This document shows positions 15,950-23,563 of a stretch of DNA of 32,000 nt, one piece after another. The position numbers were made by a program, and so were the translations under genes. Position 1 is the first letter of the stretch, and each line of letters begins with the position of its first letter. The DNA lies in the NCBI RefSeq assembly GCF_000012285.1, contig NC_007181.1, positions 1,530,001 through 1,562,000 on the forward strand, in the 5' to 3' direction. This DNA is from Sulfolobus acidocaldarius DSM 639. Its GTDB lineage: Archaea > Thermoproteota > Thermoprotei_A > Sulfolobales > Sulfolobaceae. The notes beneath the pieces are model-generated. The model was given only the letters and a program-made list of their open reading frames with translations, searched no databases and was not told the origin of the DNA.

Positions 15950-17152
15950 TTATTCCTCACTGTAGTTTCCATAGCCTCTATATATTTTACCGTCCTTGAC
16001 CACATACATTATATGAGATGGGGATAATTCCTCTAAACTGGCTAATGGGTCTCCCCTTACCGCAATTAGATCTGCCTTGAAACCAGCTCTTATATACCCC
16101 ACATTCCTTAACCCTAAACATTCACTGGCTACACTTGTCGAAGCTCTAAGTGCATCTATATTGCTCATGTACCTAGAGAGTAGCACAGCCTCTATGTAGT
16201 TCTGACCATGGGGTCTCTTCTTGGAGCCAACATAATCAGTACCTGTGGCTATCTTTAACCCGTGTTCAACAGCTATCTTCATGTCCTCATTAAAGTGTCT
16301 CCTTATCATTTCCTCTCTATACATCTTAGCCTCTGGATTTACTGATTCAAAGGGTATCTGATAAGTAGCTAATGTCGGTATATAACATATGCCTCTTTCC
16401 TTAATCATCTGAGCAGTCTCCTCATCTAAACCTAAACCGTGTTCTATTGTATCTACTCCAGCCATAATTGAGTTCATTAACGCCTCCTTTCCATATGCAT
16501 GAGAAGCTACTAATAGACCAGCCCTATGGGACTCCTCCACTATAGCCTTTAATTCATCTAAAGCAAAACCAGGTAATATTCTGCCTCCCTGAGAGAATGC
16601 ACCTGAAGAGTAGACTTTTATCACAGTTGCCCCCTGTCTTATTGCCTTTCTAACTGCTTTCCTACATTCGTACGGTGAATCACAGTAAAAGGAGTACGAG
16701 ATTGACTGTGCGAAGTCCAGGGGAAGTTCCTTAGGGTCATCATTACCGCCTGTTATTGCCAATGAGTATCCTGAAGCAATAACCCTTGGTCCTATTATCT
16801 CTCCTCTCCTTTGCAATCTGTCAAGTCTTACCGCTACCTTGCTTCCCAGATCCCTCACAGTAGTAAAACCTGATCTCAAAAGCGTTTCCATGTCTCTAGT
16901 GCTCCTTATTGCTACATCTATCTCATTTACTATATTCCAGGAGAGTACATTATCCTCTTCCACTCCAAAGAAGTGTAGATGAGCATCGATTAGCCCCGGC
17001 ATTATCAAGTCAGCGTAGATTGTTTTTGAGCTTGCCCTACTGTTCTCCTCACCTTCAATTACATCCACTATCTTGTCATCCTCTACTACTACAGTCCCCT
17101 TAGGGATAACTCTCTCTCCATCAAATATTTTACCAATTAAGGTTAATTTCAT
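15950..17152 (-). CDS. Metal-dependent amidohydrolase (PF01979-type; prolidase / imidazolonepropionase-like subgroup)
   Basis: 400 aa. The HxH metal motif is PGLIDAHLHF. Later ligand contexts are VASHAYG, IEHG and TGTDY. The substrate cannot be inferred. Confidence 0.8.
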   Translation of the reverse strand: MKLTLIGKIFDGERVIPKGTVVVEDDKIVDVIEGEENSRASSKTIYADLIMPGLIDAHLHFFGVEEDNVLSWNIVNEIDVAIRSTRDMETLLRSGFTTVRDLGSKVAVRLDRLQRRGEIIGPRVIASGYSLAITGGNDDPKELPLDFAQSISYSFYCDSPYECRKAVRKAIRQGATVIKVYSSGAFSQGGRILPGFALDELKAIVEESHRAGLLVASHAYGKEALMNSIMAGVDTIEHGLGLDEETAQMIKERGICYIPTLATYQIPFESVNPEAKMYREEMIRRHFNEDMKIAVEHGLKIATGTDYVGSKKRPHGQNYIEAVLLSRYMSNIDALRASTSVASECLGLRNVGYIRAGFKADLIAVRGDPLASLEELSPSHIMYVVKDGKIYRGYGNYSEE

Positions 17153-17301
17153 GACTAAATAAATTACTTAAAGGTTTATAGCATTAAGTGAAGGAAAGTT
17201 GTCATTATTGGCTTCTCCTGTCAGTAATGTATTATTTAAAAGTTTGAGAAAGAAAAATAAGAAAAATACTAGATATTCGTTATAGAACATATTCAACTCT
17301 A

Positions 17302-18780
17302 CTAAGGAGATATCTCGTCTAGTCTTTTATTTGCCGTCTTATGTCCAGACGATATAGCAATTAATGTTGATATGAGTTGAAATACTCCTATTATCACAAA
17401 CACTTCAACAGCTAAACCAGTTGTCACTCCAGAGGACAGGAGAGAGCTTATGAAAGAGGCTATTATTATCAACCCTATCCCTCCTCCCACATGTCCTATC
17501 CCATCGCATAACGCAAACCCTGTACTCCTAGCCCTTGTTGGAAAACTCTCGGCAGTCCACGCATATGATATTGGTACCCACAGATTAAATCCATAGAATA
17601 GTATTATTGACCCTATAAACGATACGACCACATTTGTGCCTGCTAGTGCTATTAAAAGCCCTCCTAAGAAGGTGAAGATTACAGAGATCGCAGTCCATAC
17701 TTTCCTCTCCAGTCTATCTCCAACAGCGAAAGTAGTCAAGGGGACTAGTATAAACCCAATACTCCCCATTGCAGCTATTATACCTGCTTCTGGTGGTGGG
17801 TAACCAAGAGAGGCTAAAACAGATGTAAGCCCAGCTGCTAGTGTGTAGACTGTCATGTAACCAAACAACCACATTGTAAATAGGATTACAAAACGTTTTA
17901 CGTACTGGGAGTTTGAGAAGATTGTTTTTAAAGTATCAGCATATGAGAGCATTTCAGATAAATAGGGAGTTATAACCTTCGGAAGGGAAGGTAATTGTTT
18001 GAGTTTCTTCGTAGCTTTATCCTCCATCATGTTTACAATCTTCTCTGCCTCACTTATCCTATTACGGGAAATCAGCCACCTAGGTGATTCAGGTAAACTG
18101 AACCTTAATAATAGTCCTACCAAAGCGAGTAGCGCACCAATACCATACATTACTCTCCAACCATTTACGGCAAAGAAGCCAGATAAGCCTAATGCGAATG
18201 GAAGACCTAATGGAAACGGAGCAGGAGGGGTCGTCAATAATAATCCTAACCATATACCCAACGTGGCACCTAGGGTTGAGAACAAAAACACTAGACTTGT
18301 GTATTTCGCTCTACCGTTAGTGGGCGCAACTTCTCCTATGTATGTATTGACTATTGCTAGATCTGCGCCGACACCGATGCCTGTTATGGTTCTAGCCATT
18401 ACGAAGTTAAGGTAATCATTCACAAATGTGTTATAAAGACTACCTAAACCTGTGATAATCATTGTTATCATCAACATTCTCCTTCTGCCTATGATATCCG
18501 AAACAGGTGATAATACTAATGAACCTATTACATAACCTATCAAATTCAATAAAACTGCTGGTCCCAGAAGAAGAGGGATCTGTGGCGATGACGGACTTGA
18601 GACATGAAATATGGTCACGGCTGTTTGTATGAATGATACGTTTATGTCAAAAATGTCATAAAAGGTGAAGAGGAAGCCTATTCCCAGTATTCCTATGAAT
18701 ATGTAAGATAGACCCCATATTGGAATCCTATCCATTCTGGCAATAATCTCTCCTGCTTTTATTTCCGCTTTCTCAGACAT
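17302..18780 (-). CDS. MFS transporter (sugar-porter/metabolite:H+ symporter-like)
   Basis: 492 aa with about 12 TM. It has the D-R/K-x-G-R-R-like loop SDIIGRRRM and the LPESPRWL motif after TM6. Confidence 0.85.
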   Translation of the reverse strand: MSEKAEIKAGEIIARMDRIPIWGLSYIFIGILGIGFLFTFYDIFDINVSFIQTAVTIFHVSSPSSPQIPLLLGPAVLLNLIGYVIGSLVLSPVSDIIGRRRMLMITMIITGLGSLYNTFVNDYLNFVMARTITGIGVGADLAIVNTYIGEVAPTNGRAKYTSLVFLFSTLGATLGIWLGLLLTTPPAPFPLGLPFALGLSGFFAVNGWRVMYGIGALLALVGLLLRFSLPESPRWLISRNRISEAEKIVNMMEDKATKKLKQLPSLPKVITPYLSEMLSYADTLKTIFSNSQYVKRFVILFTMWLFGYMTVYTLAAGLTSVLASLGYPPPEAGIIAAMGSIGFILVPLTTFAVGDRLERKVWTAISVIFTFLGGLLIALAGTNVVVSFIGSIILFYGFNLWVPISYAWTAESFPTRARSTGFALCDGIGHVGGGIGLIIIASFISSLLSSGVTTGLAVEVFVIIGVFQLISTLIAISSGHKTANKRLDEISP

Positions 18781-19247
18781 ATCTGGTATTATTTGACGTG
18801 AATTATTATATTCATTATAAAACTAGTTTAATATAATAGATTAAGTATATTTTGAGTCCAAAAAGTAAAGTCAAGTCCGTAGTAACATATATCTAGACCT
18901 AAGTACACGTTGGTCTTTCTCGTTAACTGAAAGTTAATCCCTCCATGACATTGGTTCATAAAAACATTTTATGTGTGTTTCATAGAAAATTTAGACTAAT
19001 TATACTGTCCAGTCGCAAATGGAGAGATCTGACCAAGTAAGGGTGAGGTATAGAAGGGCTATAAATTAATCAAATGAATAATCGTTGGTTCACTTTTTCA
19101 CGCGAATATTAATAAACTAAGTCAGAGTTCATGTACAGTAAAATACAGGGAGAGCTATTTTCGACCTTGTAGTTTACTTGATCATCTAAATTATTTCCGA
19201 AGCAAAATATAAATAATGCGTTTCGAATCTCTACTTGGGTTTAATGG

Positions 19248-20798
19248 ATGAATCCAATCTGGTATGATTTTAAGAGGACTTTTATTAGACTCTCAGTAGT
19301 TATCCTCCTTATCGTATCTGTTCTAATAGCTGTAGGACTGGGTTACTTGGTAAAATCATCCTTATCCTCTACAAATAACTTAGGGAATATCAATGTTGTT
19401 GCGACTACCTCAGGAGATAAAATAATTGGCTATGTATTTGATAATTCTGGTAAACCAATATCTGGAGCAAGTGTTGTCGTCTTCTCAGAAGCTGAGGTAG
19501 CTCAAGCTAACAACGGTCTCGGATTTAGACCAGTTAATGAAACTTCCCAAACTACCACCAATTCCTCAGGTATGTTTATTACCTCAGTAGTTCCTAATGG
19601 GACAATAACATGTAATGTAACTTATGGAGGTAAAACTGTAACCTTGATATCATTTTTAATATCCTCAGTAACTACTACAGACTATGCGCTGTCCAGTGGT
19701 ACAGTGACCTATTCTAGTTATTCTAGCTATTCTGGTGAGACCAGAAGTCGAGGCGGTCTAGTAGTTGGAACCAGCGAGACAATGTATTCGACTCCTTCAT
19801 CAATAGTGGCTAGTTATGCTGTTACAGGAAATAAGGAGTTGATTGTAGCATCTAATGTCTATGGTTCAAACTTAAAATTATACGTAGGATTTATGAACTC
19901 CATGCCATCAAATGTGACGCTTAATATTTCCTCATTGCCTAATTATGTTAAACTGACGTATGTGGGTACGGTGAATAGCTACATTAATACTTATGATATA
20001 GGGAACCTAAATGCAAATGGCAGTTACATAGTTGTAGAGATACTGAATAGTAGTAGTACTAATACAGGTAACACTGGGTCTTCCTCTGGTTCTTTTGGTT
20101 TCTCTAGATTCTATCCTTACGGTTATGTTACTGACTATGTTATTACGACTACATACGCACAACTTTTGCCGTTTTCCTTCATATTTCCTATAATGATGTT
20201 ATACCTGTCATATGCCATATTCGCAAAACCCAGAGATTCAGGTGCATTAAAGTTCCTTTTAGCCAGACCTGTTACTAGACGTGATGTATTCATTAACAGG
20301 TATATTTCTGGGGTTTTAACCGCACTAATTATTGCTATAGTGTTCTCGTTGGTATCATTAGTTACTATTGAACTCATTATTGGAGCTAGAATTCCTTTAA
20401 TTCCAATACTCCCTATCTCCCTGTCACTATTTGTGGGTCTTGTAGCTTTCTTCTCTTTGACGTACCTATTTCCAACATTTATTAAATCTTCCGGAGGTTA
20501 TTTAGGCATATCGATATTCCTATTTTTGTTATTTACGATAGGGTATTCTATAATTGGTGCAATTTTGGGATTATACACTAACCTAGGTATAGTTAAAGCC
20601 CAGTATGTGTTAGGCTACTTTAATCCACTAGGCATATTCCAATTTGGGGAGTATTATGTAGACAAACTTATAGGTGCAGGCTTAGTTTCAGACGCCTCAG
20701 GTGTAGTTATACTGCCCCTAGTAGTCCTCTCTAGCGTATTGTGGATAGCTGTACCTTTAATTTTAGGATACATGAGGTTTAGAAAGGTGGAAATATAA
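19248..20798 (+). CDS. ABC-2-type permease-like membrane protein with a ~270-aa extracytoplasmic insert
   Basis: The N-terminus MNPIWYDFKRTF plus TM1 is typical of ABC-2 permeases. The block AKPRDSGALKFLLARPVTRRDVFINRYISG resembles the ErEsGTle-LL-sPvsR signature of that family. Five or six C-terminal TM segments follow. The insert contains a carboxypeptidase-regulatory-like strand pattern (IIGYVFDNSGKPISGASVVVF) and Ser/Thr/Asn-rich sequon-bearing segments. Confidence 0.65.
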   Translation: MNPIWYDFKRTFIRLSVVILLIVSVLIAVGLGYLVKSSLSSTNNLGNINVVATTSGDKIIGYVFDNSGKPISGASVVVFSEAEVAQANNGLGFRPVNETSQTTTNSSGMFITSVVPNGTITCNVTYGGKTVTLISFLISSVTTTDYALSSGTVTYSSYSSYSGETRSRGGLVVGTSETMYSTPSSIVASYAVTGNKELIVASNVYGSNLKLYVGFMNSMPSNVTLNISSLPNYVKLTYVGTVNSYINTYDIGNLNANGSYIVVEILNSSSTNTGNTGSSSGSFGFSRFYPYGYVTDYVITTTYAQLLPFSFIFPIMMLYLSYAIFAKPRDSGALKFLLARPVTRRDVFINRYISGVLTALIIAIVFSLVSLVTIELIIGARIPLIPILPISLSLFVGLVAFFSLTYLFPTFIKSSGGYLGISIFLFLLFTIGYSIIGAILGLYTNLGIVKAQYVLGYFNPLGIFQFGEYYVDKLIGAGLVSDASGVVILPLVVLSSVLWIAVPLILGYMRFRKVEI

Positions 20799-21049
20799 TA
20801 CAGATTTTTCCCTTTTGTCGTATGATCTAACTTTCTCATTAAGTTTATTCTGAATCTCGTTCCGGAGTACTTGTTTTTTAACAGCGTATATAGGGGATGG
20901 GTTTTCAATTAATTCAATATGTTACATTCTCTATATATAAAAACTATTTCATTATGACTCTGTATCTATATAGTGATTCGTTTATAAACTCTTATAATAT
21001 TACTTTTCATAAACTAAGTATTAATATTAAGAGATTAAAACGCAAATTT

Positions 21050-22651
21050 ATGAAAGCCCTATTGGTGAGACCAACAAATCCTACGGGCAGTGGTTATAAT
21101 AAGTCATTTGGTTTTATGCCGACACCACTAGGTCTACTTCAATTGGCGGGTGACCTTAGAGCTGTAGGAAATTGGGACATAAAGGTTGTAGATATGGAAG
21201 CAGACTCCCTCTCAGTTAGTGACGTAATAAGCTTAGCTAAGTCTTATGATCCTGAAATAGTAGGAATCACATTACATGCCACAGCGTCACATAATATCTC
21301 AACCCAGTTGGCAAAAGGGATAAAGCAGGAACTCAATGACTCATTGATAATTGCCGGCGGTCATCATGCAACATTTGTACCTTCTCAGATGTTGGCAGAG
21401 GGGTTCGACATAGTTGTTCTAGGGGAAGGAGATTTAACTATGATGGAGATAGGGAAAAATATACAGGAAGGATACAGAGATCTTTCTAAAGTTAATGGTA
21501 TTATGCACAAAAAGGACGGAAAGACTGTAAGAAATCCTCCAGCACCTTTGATAGACGATTTAGACAAGCTTCCCTTACCTGCATTCGACTTAGTGAGAAA
21601 AGAACTCTATAGGATAGACATATTCAATGAGGATCAATATGTGGCATGTATGGAGACAGCTAGAGGGTGCCCTTATGCATGTGATTTCTGTTCCGTTACG
21701 CCCACTTGGGGCAATAAGTGGAGGAATAAGTCTAACTCTAGAATATTAAAGGAGATTGAGGAGATAAAGAAACTTGGTTATAACTGGATCTTCTTTGTTG
21801 ATGATATCTTTATAGTATGGCCCAACAGGTCTCAGAGGGAGAAGCTATTCAGAGAGATGATAGACAGAAAATTAACTATAAATTTTATAACACAGATTAG
21901 GGCTGATGTTACTGCTAGGAATCCTCAGTTAATAAAGCTAGCATCAGATGCAGGTTTAAGAGTAGCTTTTTTAGGTATAGAAAGTGGTAGCCAAGAGACG
22001 CTAAAGAAGATGCACAAGGGACTTGCAATACCCGACTCTGTGAAGGCTGTAAAAGTGCTCCATGAGAACGGCGTAATAGTGTTTCTAGGTATGATGTTAG
22101 GTGCACCGTACGAATCATTAAAGGACATGATAGCTACCATAAAATTCTCGAGGAAACTAGCTGATGTTGGTGCCGATGGCGTCCAATTCTCGATATATAC
22201 TCCTTTACCAGGGACTAGAATATTTGTAAATTCACTGGAACATAATTCAATATTTACTCTAAACTGGGACTTTTATGATCTATTAACACCTGTTGCGCGT
22301 ACCAAAGTCAACCCTGCAATTATCAAGTTGTTATCGGTTTATGCTAACCATACATTTTATCTTTACAAGTATTTCAAGAGTAAACTGAGAATTTCTAAAC
22401 TAAAGATCCCTGACAGGAAACTAGAACTACTTAGAAGGGCTGAGAAATACATATGGAGGAAATTACCATTCTACTTAAGGGGCACATTTATTGATCTACC
22501 TAAATCCATGATCGGAGTTCTGCGGTTATCCATGAGGAAGACAAATCAAGTATCAAAAGACATTCTAGACCTGATGATCTCAGAATCGAGTAAAATAATA
22601 TATCTTGAGCAAGGTGATAAGAACAGGTACTTCAAGATAAAGACAGAATAA
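21050..22651 (+). CDS. B12-binding-domain radical SAM enzyme (class B rSAM)
   Basis: The CxxxCxxC cluster motif is GCPYACDFC. The upstream Rossmann-like cobalamin-binding region is VGITLHATASH...IIAGGHHATF...VVLGEGD. The track ORF starts at 20897, but residues 1-51 are A/T-rich promoter-like sequence. The ATG at 21050 (MKALLVRPTNP) has a TATA-like box at about 21018-21030. Confidence 0.85.
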   Translation: MKALLVRPTNPTGSGYNKSFGFMPTPLGLLQLAGDLRAVGNWDIKVVDMEADSLSVSDVISLAKSYDPEIVGITLHATASHNISTQLAKGIKQELNDSLIIAGGHHATFVPSQMLAEGFDIVVLGEGDLTMMEIGKNIQEGYRDLSKVNGIMHKKDGKTVRNPPAPLIDDLDKLPLPAFDLVRKELYRIDIFNEDQYVACMETARGCPYACDFCSVTPTWGNKWRNKSNSRILKEIEEIKKLGYNWIFFVDDIFIVWPNRSQREKLFREMIDRKLTINFITQIRADVTARNPQLIKLASDAGLRVAFLGIESGSQETLKKMHKGLAIPDSVKAVKVLHENGVIVFLGMMLGAPYESLKDMIATIKFSRKLADVGADGVQFSIYTPLPGTRIFVNSLEHNSIFTLNWDFYDLLTPVARTKVNPAIIKLLSVYANHTFYLYKYFKSKLRISKLKIPDRKLELLRRAEKYIWRKLPFYLRGTFIDLPKSMIGVLRLSMRKTNQVSKDILDLMISESSKIIYLEQGDKNRYFKIKTE

Positions 22652-22667
22652 TGGTTTCATCATATCC

Positions 22668-23003
22668 ATGATTTGGGTAAATCTTTTTAACACCCATGGT
22701 ATAAAGCCTTCCTATATGTTTGAATTATGGTATATTCACATTTCTCTTGCTATAGTATCAGCAATATTCTCTATATTAATTTTCCTTGAATTTAAGTCTC
22801 TGAGAAAGGAGTTTCATGGAAAGCTCTCTGGGGTTCTACTATTGATATCTGTACTACTACTCTTTGAGAGTGTAGTGAACGCTGTAGCATTTAGTATGTG
22901 GAGCTATGGTCATGACCCAGTATATGTATATCCTTCCATGGCAATAGCAATAGTTTCAACGTCAGTGATCATACTCTTTTACTATTACGTGGCTAAAGTA
23001 TAA
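22668..23003 (+). CDS. Small membrane protein (3 TM)
   Basis: 111 aa with three hydrophobic helices. It starts 17 nt after the rSAM stop. An internal start at MFELWY is possible. Confidence 0.5.
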   Translation: MIWVNLFNTHGIKPSYMFELWYIHISLAIVSAIFSILIFLEFKSLRKEFHGKLSGVLLLISVLLLFESVVNAVAFSMWSYGHDPVYVYPSMAIAIVSTSVIILFYYYVAKV

Positions 23004-23062
23004 AACTCTTTCAATTTGTATTGAGAAATTATATTAGTTTGGAAACATTGTAGTAAATACGA

Positions 23063-23362
23063 ATGAATAATAAGGAGAGAAAGCAGATAAAGAAAATATT
23101 GAAATTCCTATTCTTCTCATCAAGGGGAGGTAAAACTAGACTAGAAATAGTAAAACTCCTAGAGTTTAATTCGTTGAACGCAAATCAGATAGCTGAAAAG
23201 TTGAACCTAAACTACAAAACAGTAATTCATCATTTAGAGGTGTTAATGGAAAATAGAATAGTAGTAAAAGAAGGAGACGGATATGGGGCAAAGTTTAGGT
23301 TAAGTAGAGAGTTCGTAATTTTTAAAGAAGTTCTCGTGGAACTCGAAAGAGAAACTAAGTGA
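23063..23362 (+). CDS. ArsR/SmtB-like winged-helix transcriptional regulator
   Basis: 99 aa. The pattern RLEIVKLLEFNSLNANQIAEKLNLNYKTVIHHLEVLMENRIVV is the canonical ArsR HTH arrangement. No metal-binding Cys motif is visible. Confidence 0.75.
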   Translation: MNNKERKQIKKILKFLFFSSRGGKTRLEIVKLLEFNSLNANQIAEKLNLNYKTVIHHLEVLMENRIVVKEGDGYGAKFRLSREFVIFKEVLVELERETK

Positions 23363-23563
23363 AATCAACTGCAAAACAACTATTCCTGTCGTTATTTAAA
23401 GTTATAACAACCTTATATTCCTTCCCTTTGACTTTTATGTTTTGAAGGCTCATCTATGCTTTAATCCGGCTTTTTCTTTTTCTCTTCTCGCATAATAAAC
23501 TAATGTAACTAAATTTGGGTAAATCTTTATAAACAGATTAGACCTTACACGTATCGAAGGGAA

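Noticed and set aside
16909-18415. ORFs 16909..17103 (+) and 17999..18415 (+)
   Set aside because: They are antisense to the amidohydrolase and MFS transporter genes. The 138-aa ORF is the Pro/Asn/Gly-rich mirror of TM-helix coding sequence.
19218-19232. GCGTTTCGAATCTCT, a T-loop-like TTCGAAT
   Set aside because: The flanks do not form a 5-bp T-stem, and no cloverleaf is possible in the surrounding 80 nt.
20135-20908. Minus-strand ORFs 20135..20377 and 20654..20908
   Set aside because: They are antisense to the permease gene and its 3' flank, with no motifs. The second would have to start inside the rSAM promoter.
20897-21049. N-terminal 51 codons of the track ORF for the radical SAM gene
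   Set aside because: The translation is low-complexity (YKNYFIMTLYLYSDSFINSYNITF) and the DNA is A/T-rich with several TATA-like boxes. The ATG at 21050 begins the conserved domain and has a box about 27 nt upstream.
21385-22140. Minus-strand ORFs 21385..21567, 21915..22118 and 21925..22140
   Set aside because: They are antisense to the radical SAM gene.
23363-23470. 32-codon minus-strand ORF (MSLQNIKVKGKEYKVVITLNNDRNSCFAVDFT) converging on the ArsR gene end
   Set aside because: It is very short, overlaps the ArsR 3' end and lies in the promoter region of the glycoprotein gene. No supporting signal is present.
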